This document shows positions 41,056 to 51,174 of a stretch of DNA of 64,000 nucleotides, piece after piece. Where the stretch lies: positions 224,001 to 288,000 of the forward strand of contig CAWEXU010000004.1 in NCBI GenBank assembly GCA_963813075.1, read 5' to 3'. Origin of the DNA: Methanotrichaceae archaeon. GTDB taxonomy: Archaea > Halobacteriota > Methanosarcinia > Methanotrichales > Methanotrichaceae. A program made the translations under genes and the position numbers. Below the pieces are notes generated by a model. That model searched no databases, was not told the DNA's origin, and saw only the letters and a program-made list of their open reading frames with translations. Every line of letters begins with the position of its first letter. Positions within the stretch are counted from its first letter, which is position 1.

Positions 41056-41480
41056 ATGAACCGATCTAATTGCCTCATATATATCTCTGTGGGCCTGATT
41101 ATGGCGGCAATTTTCGCCTGCCCATCTCTTGCCGCACAGACGGATGATTCTAATGGATATCATGCCAGTGAAATTGACGGTATCTCAGATAGGACACGGA
41201 CAAAGATGGCGATCCAACATCATCACCGTGGAATCAGGGCCGAATAATTCCGATCAAAATCGTCGAGAAGGCTCTCCAATGGATCGCAGATAACTGAACC
41301 GGCCCTTGGGAAGGATAAAGCTCGTTTCTATAGAACAGGTGGACTGGCCCAACTCATGCCGGGGGGTGTACGAAGAAGACATGGCTTGCCTATTGGTTAT
41401 CACTCCCGGATACAGGCGTGATATTAAGTGCGGGGGAGGAGGAGTACGGATCTACACACAAATTTGAATGCGAACATTAT
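41056..41480 (+). pseudogene. Fragmented gene for a secreted Cys-containing protein
   Basis: Signal-peptide ORF 41056-41247, then across frames IKLVSIEQVDWPNSCRGVYEEDMACLLVITPGYR / VILSAGEEEY. Confidence 0.55.
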
Positions 41481-41590
41481 CTTCATGGCCCAGTAGGTAG
41501 ATTCAGCCGTAAGGTGGATTCGGCCCACTTCTTTTGCGGCTCGGCCCGATGGCTCTATTTAGCAAGTTCGAGGCAGAATCAGGAGAATAC

Positions 41591-42439
41591 ATGGTTGTTA
41601 TGATCGACCCGCAAAGAGACATCGACTGGAATGAGGTCTGGATGAGCCAGATGAAGCAGAGCCGGGAATCCAGCCCGGGCAGGGATTGCGCCTGTATCTG
41701 GAGCAGTCGGGAGAGCGCCCTTCGGTTCTGGATTATGTGCCAGAAGGAGCAGAGCAGGATCCAGAGAACCATTTGGGAGACGGATATCACTGAAAAGTCA
41801 CGGGTGCTGGATATCGGCGCCGGCCCCGGCACCCTGGCCATACCATTTGCCAAAAAGGCGGCACATGTCACAGCAGTGGAGCCTGCGGATGGGATGTGCA
41901 CCGTCATGAGAGAGAAGATGGCCGAGTTTGGCCTGGACAATATCAACATCGTCCAGAAGCGCTGGGAGGAGGTGGAGGTCTCCTGTGATCTTGAGCCCCC
42001 CTATGATGTGGTGGTAGCCTCCTTCTCCCTGGGTATGCCGGACATCCGGGATGCTATCGAGAAGATGATCCAGGCCTCATCCAGATATGTCTACCTCTAC
42101 CATTTCGCTGGAATGAGCACCTGGGGCAATATGTGGAAGGAGCTCTGGCCCAGGCTGCATGGGCGGGATTATATCTCAGGTCCCATGAGCGATGTGCTCT
42201 ACAATGTCCTCTACCAGATGGGCATCTATCCAAATATCACCACCTTCAGAATGAAGCATGATCAACGCTACGCTACCCTGGACGAGGCCGTGGCGGAGCT
42301 GGCCCCCCAGGCCCAGGCAAAGACAGAAGAGCAGAAGGCTGTGCTGCGAGAGTATCTGGAGAAGGCGATGAAATGGGAGGATGGAGCATTTGTGCTCTCT
42401 GGCTCTTCGATCCGGGTGAAGATGTGGTGGGAGAAGTAG
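41591..42439 (+). CDS. Class I SAM-dependent methyltransferase
   Basis: VLDIGAGPG, TAVEP, YDVVVASFS; AGGAG before ATG 41591. Confidence 0.92.
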   Translation: MVVMIDPQRDIDWNEVWMSQMKQSRESSPGRDCACIWSSRESALRFWIMCQKEQSRIQRTIWETDITEKSRVLDIGAGPGTLAIPFAKKAAHVTAVEPADGMCTVMREKMAEFGLDNINIVQKRWEEVEVSCDLEPPYDVVVASFSLGMPDIRDAIEKMIQASSRYVYLYHFAGMSTWGNMWKELWPRLHGRDYISGPMSDVLYNVLYQMGIYPNITTFRMKHDQRYATLDEAVAELAPQAQAKTEEQKAVLREYLEKAMKWEDGAFVLSGSSIRVKMWWEK

Positions 42440-42548
42440 CCAGGTGACGGAAAAAAAGAAAATAAAAATGAAAAGGGACAGGAATAAAGAAAAGGAAAAC
42501 GGGCCCGGAAAGGTCGCAGCGGAAGCTTGAAAAGCCAATCCCGTCCAG

Positions 42549-42582
42549 AGTGGCTATGTCTTATTAGTGGCTATGTCTTATA
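42549..42582. repeat. 17-bp tandem duplication (agtggctatgtcttat[t/a] x2)
   Basis: Read directly; the second copy runs into a TATA-like tract. Confidence 0.85.
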
Positions 42583-42631
42583 TATCTCTGCATCGAATGG
42601 GATATGAATAAATCCAATAAACACTTGGGGG

Positions 42632-43982
42632 ATGCCTATTAAAGCCGGTCTTGTCTTACTCATATTGATCGCTTTAGCGATCTCGGTTCCGATTCTCGGA
42701 TGTGCCAGCAGAAGAATACTCAGCTGATTATTGGAGCCAAAAGGGAATGGAATCCCTGAATAATGGCTCATATTCAGCGGCGGCAGAGTCTTTCAATAAA
42801 TCGATCCAGCTTGATGGATCAAATGCCACTGCCTGGATGAATTTGGGCCTGGCATTGACCAGCCAGGGCCTGCATGACGAGGGGCTCAACGCTTATAATC
42901 GGTCCATAGAGATGGATCCCGCTCTGGCTGAGGCCTGGCATCGCAAGGGGATTCTCCTTGCCCGTATGATGAGGTTTGATGAGGCCATTGAGGCTTTCTC
43001 AAAAGCCGCAGATCTGGAGCCTCGGGCTGCTTTGCCCTGGTATAACAAGGGGCTTGCCCTGGCCAACCTCGGCCGGTACAATGAGTCCCTTCTCGCTCTG
43101 GATAATGCCACTGATCTTGATCAGGATCTCCCCGGAGCATGGTATGCTAAGGCCCTGATACTTACCGAACTGGGAAGAAATAACGAATCTATAGAGGCAT
43201 TGAAAAGAACAGTCGAGCTTGAACCGGAGTATGTTGACGCATGGTACAATATGGGCCTGGTGCTCACCAATTCCGGAAGATATGACGAGGCTCTGGATGC
43301 TTTTGGCCGGGCAATCGAGCTGAATCCTGCCGATGTCCGGGCCTGGATGGGCAAGGGAGATGTACTCATGGCCAGGGGAAGATTCAACGAATCGATATCT
43401 GCATATGATGGCGCCATTTTGGCGGCATCAAACCAATCCGCTCCCTGGGGAGGGAAAGCTCTGGCATACCTGGGCCTGAACAACTCCAGCGCATCCCTTG
43501 CCATGATCGATAAGGCCATTGAAATCGACCCCGAAAATGCCAGGTACTGGATCAGCAAAGGCTCGATTTACAGGGGGATGGGCAATTATAATGAGTCCGT
43601 GGCAGCTTTCCAGAAAGCAGTCCAGATAGATCCAGGCTGTGCACCATGCTGGAATGTTCTGGGACTGGCTTTAGCCAGGCAGGAGAATCATACCGGAGCC
43701 TTGGCTGCTTATGACAGAGCGATAGAGATTGATCCCGGCTACCTCGACCCCTGGAATAACAAGGGGATCTCCCTGGTGAAGGGATTTGCCGATCTGGAAG
43801 AGGCGATCGAATGCTTCGAGAGAGCGATAGAGATCAATCCGGACCGGATGCAGTCTTATGTCAATTTGGCCAATGTCCTCAATCTGACCAATCGAACTGA
43901 GGAAGCGGATATGGCCATGCAGAAGGCCACCATCCTGGGATACCGGGCGGATCCCGCCCCAATCCCTTCTCAGGCAACCTGA
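42632..43982 (+). CDS. Secreted/lipoprotein TPR-repeat protein, frameshift near 42707
   Basis: About 11 TPR repeats (AW..KG..L...GR..EA...F.KA...P); signal MPIKAGLVLLILIALAISVPILGC lies in another frame from ATG 42632. Confidence 0.88.
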
Positions 43983-44037
43983 GTTGAAGCCCGAAAATAG
44001 CCCCGAAGAATGCTTGTATCAGTTATGAGGAGCTGAA

Positions 44038-44976
44038 TTGATCGACCTATTCTGGCAGACTCTGGATGGGACTGTCTATACCATGAGCACCGTATTTCTG
44101 ATGCTCTTTCTCACCGGTATCATGAATGAGATGGGGCTCTTTCAGAGGTTCTCATATCTGGCCAAACCCCTGGTCTCAGTGTCCCGTCTGCCTGCCGCTT
44201 CAGCCTCCACCTTTGTGGTGGGCCTGGGATCGGCACTGGCAGCAAATGCCATGACGGCAAGGCTACGGCATGAGGGGCAATTGAGCGATCGGCAGGCCTT
44301 CCTCTCCGCCCTGATGAACACCGTCCCGGTCTATTTCAGAGAGCTTTTCACCTATCAACTGGCATTTGTAGTTCCGGTGCTGGGCCTTTATGTGGGTGGA
44401 GCCTATGCTATTGTCTCTGTGGCTACAGGATTGATCAAGCTCTTGATCGTCATAATCCTGGGCAGAGCCTATCTGGCAGGTGAGGCAATCTCCTCAATAA
44501 ATCCTCCTCTAGCCAAAAAGGAGAAGAGCATAATAGATGCGGCAAGGAAATCTCTGAATGGACAGAAAAAGCTGTTTATTCGGATCGGATCGCTTTACTT
44601 TGTCATGACATTTATCGTTCTATATTTGAACGCGGAGGGAATACTGCAATCGCTGAACGTGACGCCTCTTGCCAGCATCTTCAGGATCCCGGCAGAGACC
44701 GTAATCCCTCTGACCATTTATGTGGCCAACCCCAAAGCGGGAATTGTCCTTCTTGGCCCATTGATTCAGAATGGCGGAATATCGGAGCTGAAAGCCCTGA
44801 TGGTCCTGATGCTGGGAAGCATATTCATGCTGCCCGTCTTCTCCATAAGATCGACATTGCCCAACTATACAGCGATTTTCGGCATGAGGCTGGGCCTATC
44901 CCTGACCGCGGCATCAGCGGGCATCAGCGTACTGGTCCGGCTGCTTGTATTGGTGCTGCTGCTCCTTGCCTCTTGA
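44038..44976 (+). CDS. Membrane protein, nucleoside-recognition (Gate) domain-like
   Basis: About 8 TM segments, KPLVSVSRLP and PLASIFRIP repeats. Confidence 0.7.
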   Translation: MIDLFWQTLDGTVYTMSTVFLMLFLTGIMNEMGLFQRFSYLAKPLVSVSRLPAASASTFVVGLGSALAANAMTARLRHEGQLSDRQAFLSALMNTVPVYFRELFTYQLAFVVPVLGLYVGGAYAIVSVATGLIKLLIVIILGRAYLAGEAISSINPPLAKKEKSIIDAARKSLNGQKKLFIRIGSLYFVMTFIVLYLNAEGILQSLNVTPLASIFRIPAETVIPLTIYVANPKAGIVLLGPLIQNGGISELKALMVLMLGSIFMLPVFSIRSTLPNYTAIFGMRLGLSLTAASAGISVLVRLLVLVLLLLAS

Positions 44977-45108
44977 ATTGGATTTTCCTTCACTGGTAAT
45001 CGCTCCGCCAGTTTATCATGATAAAAAAGATCAAAAAGATCTTGCTATCTTCCTCCACCATCTTTGCTTCCCGAAACATCTTTATAATCACCTGGACAAT
45101 TAAAACCT

Positions 45109-45693
45109 ATGAGAGCTCACATTTTCCTTCTTCTGCTGGCCTTCCTTCTACTCCTGCCAGGCCAGGCAAATGCATCGTACTGGTTTCAGGTGATCGATAT
45201 CACACCGGTTGAAATGCTGCCAAATAGCGAGGCCAACTTCACAGTCTCGGTCAAGGGATTGGGCAGCGACAGGGCCTATGTGGAACTGGTCTTCAGGAAT
45301 GTATCTGAAGGGCTGACAATCACCTGCCCCAGGAAGATCCAGAACGTCTTCCCCCAGGGAGTGACCGATTATGATTGTATTGTAGCAGCGGGAGATCTTG
45401 TCCCCGGCAATTATTCCTTCGTGGCGGATGTGGTTGTTGCTGGTGCTCCTTCCGGAAAGATGACCGGCTATGTCAATATCATTGGAGGCAATGGCAATCA
45501 TGCCGCGGTGCCGGTGAGAGTTGATCAGGCAGCCCTGGAGGAGGCAGAAGACCTAGAAGAATCCGAAGAGCCTGGGACGGAACCTCTTGCCCAGCCCGAT
45601 CAGCCCGATGAGAGCGAGAAAAAGAGCCCCGCCCCTGGAGCTGTGGCCGCAAGCCTTGTCCTGATACTGGCCCTCTGGAGGATGAAGAGATAG
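45109..45693 (+). CDS. Cell-surface protein with PGF-CTERM-like sorting tail
   Basis: Signal peptide, Ig-like body, acidic Pro linker, KSPAPG + TM + RMKR tail. Confidence 0.75.
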   Translation: MRAHIFLLLLAFLLLLPGQANASYWFQVIDITPVEMLPNSEANFTVSVKGLGSDRAYVELVFRNVSEGLTITCPRKIQNVFPQGVTDYDCIVAAGDLVPGNYSFVADVVVAGAPSGKMTGYVNIIGGNGNHAAVPVRVDQAALEEAEDLEESEEPGTEPLAQPDQPDESEKKSPAPGAVAASLVLILALWRMKR

Positions 45694-45723
45694 GATATAA
45701 AGGCGCAAAGTAGGGGAAAGGCG

Positions 45724-45754
45724 AGCAGAGGAGTGCTAAAGCCCTCTGCTTTTA
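45724..45754. terminator. Hairpin between convergent genes
   Basis: AGCAGAGG..CCTCTGCT followed by T-run. Confidence 0.55.
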
Positions 45755-47014
45755 TTTGCCATATAGTTCTGCACTCTTTTTGGTCTGAGCATATACCTCG
45801 GCCGTCTGCCTGGCGATCCGGTCCCAGGTGAAATGCTCTAAAACCCTCTCTCTTCCCCTTCTTCCCATCTCCTTCAGCTCCTGGGGGGACATGGAAAGCA
45901 GTGGCTCAAGACCCCAGGCGAAAATGTCGGCCGCATCCTGGCCGTTCACATGGCAGCCGTTTGGATTCTCCCCGGATGATATGACGATCTCTCGCAGGCC
46001 GCTGACCCCACCAGCACCCACTACAACCGGCTTTTCCATGGCCATTGCCTCCAGAGCCACGATCCCGAAGGGCTCGTACTTGGAGGGGAATACCGCTATA
46101 TCGCAGGCGGCAAGATGGCAGATTCTCTCCTCCTCGGAGACGAACTGATAGCAGGTCTTCACTCGATCCTCCAGGCCCTTCCGAGAGATCATCTCATTCA
46201 CCTCCTCTTCCAGGTCTCCCTGGCCCAGGATCACCAGCTTAACCTTTGGATCCTCGATCAGTGCCATGGCCTCGACCAGTTCTACTGCACCCTTTACCGC
46301 AGTAAGCCGGCCAATAAAAAGGAGCATCCTTTCGTCATCAGCAATTCCATATCTTCTTCTTAAGGCCAGTCTTTCCTCGGGGCTGACCCGGTTGGGGTGG
46401 TACTTTTGAACATCGACACCGTTCCAGCAAACTCGGATCTTGTCGCTATCGAATCCCTGATCAACAAGATCCTCCTGCATAGCATAGCTCACAGTGATGA
46501 TCCTCTGAGCGGACTGTCCCGTCCGATGCTCAATGGTGGCTATGGTCCGGGACCCATTTCCCATTCCCCGGCCCCTTTCCGAGGAATGGATATGGAATAC
46601 GAGCGGCCGCTCTGTATTGCTGGCGGCAATCAGTCCGGCAATCCCGCTCAGCCAATCGTGGACCGCGATTATATCGAATTGTCTTCCGTTCTTTTTAATT
46701 AAATCTATAAGCTGGGAGGCAGCGATAATATTGTGGAGCAGGATCTCCGGTATTCCCCAGAGACGGAAGTTGCCAGGCAGCAATTCCAGCACTTCTGCCG
46801 GTATGTCTATTGCATTCGGTCTGAAAACCTCCACTCCATCTATATTCTCTTGGTTCTTTAGGGTTCCATCATTCAGGGTGAATACCGTAATCTCATGGCC
46901 CAGATCGGCCAGGGCAGGGCACATGTATTGAGCATATGTGCCCAATCCCCCTACTATTCTTGGAACATATTCCGGAACGATGTATGCAATCCTCAATCTC
47001 TTCACCTGTAGCAA
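45752..47014 (-). CDS. Glycosyltransferase family 4 (glycogen synthase-like)
   Basis: EYVP..VGGLG, HDW, FIGRL..KG, PSKYEPFGIVALEAMA. Confidence 0.92.
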   Translation of the reverse strand: MLQVKRLRIAYIVPEYVPRIVGGLGTYAQYMCPALADLGHEITVFTLNDGTLKNQENIDGVEVFRPNAIDIPAEVLELLPGNFRLWGIPEILLHNIIAASQLIDLIKKNGRQFDIIAVHDWLSGIAGLIAASNTERPLVFHIHSSERGRGMGNGSRTIATIEHRTGQSAQRIITVSYAMQEDLVDQGFDSDKIRVCWNGVDVQKYHPNRVSPEERLALRRRYGIADDERMLLFIGRLTAVKGAVELVEAMALIEDPKVKLVILGQGDLEEEVNEMISRKGLEDRVKTCYQFVSEEERICHLAACDIAVFPSKYEPFGIVALEAMAMEKPVVVGAGGVSGLREIVISSGENPNGCHVNGQDAADIFAWGLEPLLSMSPQELKEMGRRGRERVLEHFTWDRIARQTAEVYAQTKKSAELYGK

Positions 47015-47151
47015 CTGGCCTTCAAGTAGCCTGGCTCCATTGGCCGATCGAGGCTACCGATGGCTTAGCCTGGGCTTTCTTCGAGGTAAATATTCCTGTC
47101 GTCCCTCTCAGACCAAAAGCTCCATCAATCCCCTCTGCCATCCATTCTGCC

Positions 47152-48495
47152 ATGTCTATTCACCCCATGGAATTCAGATATGGCACAAAAGAGATGAAGG
47201 CCATCTGGGAAGAGGATTTCAGATTGCGCTGTCTCTTCCGGGTGGAGGCGGCCCTGGCTCAAGCAGAAGAGGAGCTGGGAATGATTCCCCAGGGAGCGGC
47301 AGAGGAGATCGCCCGGGCAGCAGAGGTCACCCTGCCCCAGAGGGCCAAGGAGATCGAGGATGAGATCGGCCATGACATGATGGCCACGGTGCTCGCCCTG
47401 GCCGAACAGAGCCCTAAATTCGGGGAATGGATCCACCTGGGGGCGACCTCCAATGATATCCTGGATACCGCCACCGGCCTGCAGATCAAGGCCTCCCTGG
47501 ATATCATGGAAGAGAAGCTGAAAAAGCTGCTCGCCCTTCTCCTGGATCTGGCCATGAAGAACAGGAATCTGGTCTGCGCCGGCCGGACGCACGGCCAGAT
47601 AGCGGTGCCCACCACCTACGGATTGAGGTTCGCCATCTGGGCCTCAGAGATAGGCCGCCATATCCAGAGGCTCCAGGAGCTGCGCCCCCGGGCGGCTGTG
47701 GGCAAGATGTCTGGTGCCGTGGGGACCCAGGCCGCCTACGGCCGGTTCGGCATGGAGATTCAGGAGAGAGTTATGCATCACCTGGAGCTGTTCGAGGTGG
47801 ATGTCTCCAACCAGGTGGTGCAGAGGGACCGGCATGCTGAGATGGTATGCTGGATGGCGCTCGTCGCCTCCACCCTGGACAAGATCTTCATCGAGATGAG
47901 AACTCTGCAGAGGACGGAGATCGCCGAGGTGGAGGAGGGCTTTGGCAAAAAGCAGGTGGGCTCGTCCACCATGCCCCACAAAAGAAATCCGATCAAGTCC
48001 GAGCAGATCTGCGGCCTGGCAAGAGTGGTGCGCGCGCAGCTCATTCCCGCCTTCGAGAACATTCCCCTGTGGGACGAACGCGACCTGACCAACAGCAGCT
48101 GCGAGCGGGTTGTCTTTCCGGAGGCCTTCATATTCACCGACCACATCCTCGCCCTGGCCATTCGCACTCTGACCAACATGCGCCTCCGGCCGGATAACAT
48201 CGAGCGGAACCTCATGCTCCTGCGCGGCCTGAACATGGCAGAGAACGTGATGGTGGAGCTGGCCAAAAAGGGGGTGGGCCGGCAGCAGGCCCATGAGATC
48301 ATGCGCCAGAGCAGCATGACCGCCTTCGAGGAGAAAAGAGAATTGAAGGATGTTCTCCTGGGGAACGAGACGGTTACAGGATGCCTGAAGCCCGAGGAGA
48401 TCAGCGCCCTGCTCGATCCCCATCAGTACATAGGCACGGCAATCCAGCAGGTGGAAAGGCTGAACGAGAAGCTGCAAAAGCTCTACCTGGATTGA
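47152..48495 (+). CDS. purB: Adenylosuccinate lyase
   Basis: HLGATSNDI, GRTHGQ, GSSTMPHKRNP; start at MSIHPMEFRY. Confidence 0.97.
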   Translation: MSIHPMEFRYGTKEMKAIWEEDFRLRCLFRVEAALAQAEEELGMIPQGAAEEIARAAEVTLPQRAKEIEDEIGHDMMATVLALAEQSPKFGEWIHLGATSNDILDTATGLQIKASLDIMEEKLKKLLALLLDLAMKNRNLVCAGRTHGQIAVPTTYGLRFAIWASEIGRHIQRLQELRPRAAVGKMSGAVGTQAAYGRFGMEIQERVMHHLELFEVDVSNQVVQRDRHAEMVCWMALVASTLDKIFIEMRTLQRTEIAEVEEGFGKKQVGSSTMPHKRNPIKSEQICGLARVVRAQLIPAFENIPLWDERDLTNSSCERVVFPEAFIFTDHILALAIRTLTNMRLRPDNIERNLMLLRGLNMAENVMVELAKKGVGRQQAHEIMRQSSMTAFEEKRELKDVLLGNETVTGCLKPEEISALLDPHQYIGTAIQQVERLNEKLQKLYLD

Positions 48496-48546
48496 TCGAG
48501 TGCGAGCAAGGCAGACCTGGGCCGGGAAGATTTGGGCGCAGATGCT

Positions 48547-49158
48547 ATGAGATCCGATAAGATGCTACCCAGGATCTTTCTCCTCAAGCCGGGATCGATC
48601 CTGCGGGACCAGGGGGGCAATATCCTGGACGCCCGCTCCTCAGTGACGCTGATTGAGAGCGAGAGGGGAAGGATCATAGTGGACAGCGGCCAGGCGGGGG
48701 ATGAGGAAGAGATACTGTTGGCTCTGGCCGATCTGGGGCTGGAGGGGTCGGATATCGACATAATTGTAAACACCCATTCCCATCCCGACCACTGTGCTAA
48801 CAACCGACTGTTTTCTCGGGCTACTAAGATATCTCCCAAGGATGGGGAAGAGCTCGCCCCCGGCGTTCGGGCCCTGGCCACCCCCGGCCACAGCCCGGAC
48901 AGCATCTCCCTGGTGGTCGATGCCGCCCCTCATCATATCGAGGACGGAATGGCAACGGCCTCTGGAATAGTGGTTATAGCGGGGGATGCCCTGCCCACTT
49001 TAGGCAACTTCCAAAAGAGGGTTCCTCCGGCACTGCACTACGATCGCGCCCTGGCGGTGACCAGCATGGATAGGATTATCGAGATTGCGGATATGGTCAT
49101 ACCCGGGCATGACCGGCCGTTTTCCGTTCGGGAGGAGATGCAAACACGGGTTCAATGA
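48547..49158 (+). CDS. Metallo-beta-lactamase fold hydrolase
   Basis: THSHPDHCAN, TPGHS, AGDA, IPGHD. Confidence 0.9.
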   Translation: MRSDKMLPRIFLLKPGSILRDQGGNILDARSSVTLIESERGRIIVDSGQAGDEEEILLALADLGLEGSDIDIIVNTHSHPDHCANNRLFSRATKISPKDGEELAPGVRALATPGHSPDSISLVVDAAPHHIEDGMATASGIVVIAGDALPTLGNFQKRVPPALHYDRALAVTSMDRIIEIADMVIPGHDRPFSVREEMQTRVQ

Positions 49159-49290
49159 GATCCTCCAGAGTGGCTCCAGGGATGGCCTCGGCATCGAACT
49201 TGGGCTGGGCTGGGCGCGGGAACTGGTGAAACTGTAGATCTCGCAGTCGCTCATCCTGTGCGCCGAGTTTCCCAGCTAAATAAAGTATCC
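49155..49290 (-). pseudogene. Relic resembling the Schlafen/AlbA_2 domain-linker region
   Basis: Removing one of three GCCCA repeats gives YFI*LGNSAHRMSDCEIYSFTSSRAQPKFDAEAIPGATLEDL. Confidence 0.5.
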
Positions 49291-49480
49291 TGCCGTCTGC
49301 TGGGTATCGGTGTGGGCGGCCTTGGCCCCCCGGAGTGAGCGGCGCAGGTCAGCGATGTGGTGGAGGATTGCGGGGTGTCCATCTGGGCAAAATCAATCAA
49401 ATAATCCGATCCCCACTGTCCAGAGTGTTTTCTTGAATCAGAGTCACATTTATATAAGTATTTGATCCTATTAAAAGAGA

Positions 49481-50360
49481 ATGTCTATCAGCCAGAGCGA
49501 CATCCGAGCACTTGTCCTCATTGCCGGATCCGAAGAGCCGGCAACTCCTCGCACCCTCCGAGATGGGCTGGACCTCCAGAGAGAGACAGTCTCCAGGCTC
49601 ATAACTCACCTTGTGCAGATGGGGCTGGTGGAGCGGCGCGGCCATGAAGTCATCCTGGCCAGCACTTCTCCGGCAGAGGCCTTTAAGCGGCTCTACTTCT
49701 CTCATCGGGCCTCTCCTCTGCCTAAGATTCTCTCCCTGCGCAGAGTAGAGCTGCTCGCCAGTCTGGACCGGACCCCCAGGAGCTTGGAGGTTCTGGCTGC
49801 AGGGACGGGCATATCCCAGCGATACCCTGTACAGCTATCTGAAAGGTTTCACCGGGGTAGGAGTTGTCAGCCGCACGAAGCGGGGCAAAGCCTACCTTTA
49901 CTCCTTCAACTTCAAACTCTGGACGGAACTCAAGGATTTCGTGACCGTGCTCCTGGAATACCATGTGCAGCGCCTCGTGCCCCGCGAGGCCCTGCTCATC
50001 AAGAGCTACGGGGACAGCGTGCTATTCAAGAGCATCCGCCCGCAGGACGCCACATTCACCTCATTTTCTGCCTACGAGGATTACGGGATAGAGCTTCTCC
50101 TGCGGGACAATTACTACACCCTGCCCAGGAGGGAGCTTTCCATACAGGAGGTCTTCATCCACTCCCTGGACTCAGCATGGGACTACTCCCAGAAGCTTTT
50201 TTGCGTGCTATTCTATCTAAAGAACAGGGATAAATTGGAAGCTATCGATCATCCCATGATGAAGGATCTGAAAGCAGTGTTGCAGGGAATGAATATTATC
50301 GGCTATCCAACCCTGGAAGACATCGAGGACAGGACGGATCTCTATGATATCAAGCTCTAA
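49481..50360 (+). CDS. Double winged-HTH protein (putative antitoxin/regulator), +1 frameshift at 49815-49817
   Basis: Removing one C joins LAAGTGISSDTLYSYLKGFTGVGVV.. to ORF 49941-50360, giving about 292 aa. Confidence 0.75.
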
Positions 50361-51042
50361 CAAGATCGCAAGGCGAGAGGAGATAAACGAGCTATTCGAG
50401 CAGCTAGGCGAGATTCTGGAAAAGAGGGTCGAAGCCCTGCTGATAGGCGGAGCGGTGATGCTGGAGCTGGGACTCAAAGACGCCACCAAGGATATCGATG
50501 TCGTCTGCAGGAGCGAGGAGGACAAGGAGAGGCTGCTTGCTGCGGCCAGAGTCCTGGGCTTTCAGATTGTCGGCCCGGAGAAGAGGCATGAGCGGCTGGG
50601 CGTAAACCGGTTGGCCGTGAAGGGCGGGCGTAATTTGGACATCTTCGCCGAGAGGATCTCATACAACTTTAATCTGTCCGAGGCCATGTGGCAGAGAGCT
50701 ACAAAGATCAGGTTCTTCGGCCATCTGGTGATTAGAAATGCATCCCTCGAGGACATCTTCATCATGAAGCTGATCGCCAACAGGCCGGGAGACGCCTCTG
50801 ACTGCTCCAAGCTTGTCCTTGCAGAACTGGACTTCGATGCGGTCTACCAGGAGATAGAGGCGCAGTACCGGAAGGAAGGTGAGTATGAACAGAATATCTG
50901 GGTTACCTATATCGAAGAGGGCATAGCCCGCCTGGAGGATAACGACCTGATCATTCCCATAGGCGACAAAATATCCCTGCTGGCCCACGAATATCACGAA
51001 AAATCTTCTCATAATTTAAATCTAATAAAGCGCCGAGGGTGA
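50344..51042 (+). CDS. DUF6036-like nucleotidyltransferase (AbiEii/MenT-related fold)
   Basis: LIGGAVM..G..ATKDIDVV, LDIF, EDIFIMKL..R.GD..D. Confidence 0.8.
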   Translation: MISSSNKIARREEINELFEQLGEILEKRVEALLIGGAVMLELGLKDATKDIDVVCRSEEDKERLLAAARVLGFQIVGPEKRHERLGVNRLAVKGGRNLDIFAERISYNFNLSEAMWQRATKIRFFGHLVIRNASLEDIFIMKLIANRPGDASDCSKLVLAELDFDAVYQEIEAQYRKEGEYEQNIWVTYIEEGIARLEDNDLIIPIGDKISLLAHEYHEKSSHNLNLIKRRG

Positions 51043-51130
51043 GATTCGAACTCACGAGACCCTTGCGAGTCACCAGCTATCCAGGAGAAACTCACTCCAG
51101 GCTGGCGCCCTACCGCTAGACGACCTCGGC
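51031..51130 (-). tRNA. tRNA-Ser(GGA) with a 16-nt intron at 37/38 (51079-51094)
   Basis: GCCGAGG/CCTCGGC acceptor stem, CCAGC/GCTGG anticodon stem, anticodon GGA at 51096-51098, long variable arm, TTCGAAT loop, bulge-helix-bulge intron. Confidence 0.95.
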
Positions 51131-51174
51131 ACAGTTTTGGATTTTGGGTTTTATCGCTTCGCTTTTGGTTTTGT

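Noticed and set aside
15945..48477. Long antisense or alternate-frame ORFs (e.g. 15945-16712, 25761-26531, 30109-30948, 47644-48477)
   Set aside because: Shadows of well-supported genes, expected with GC-rich third codon positions
49150..51130. Intact integrative element at tRNA-Ser
   Set aside because: No integrase seen and I found no duplicated tRNA 3' end (att site) by eye
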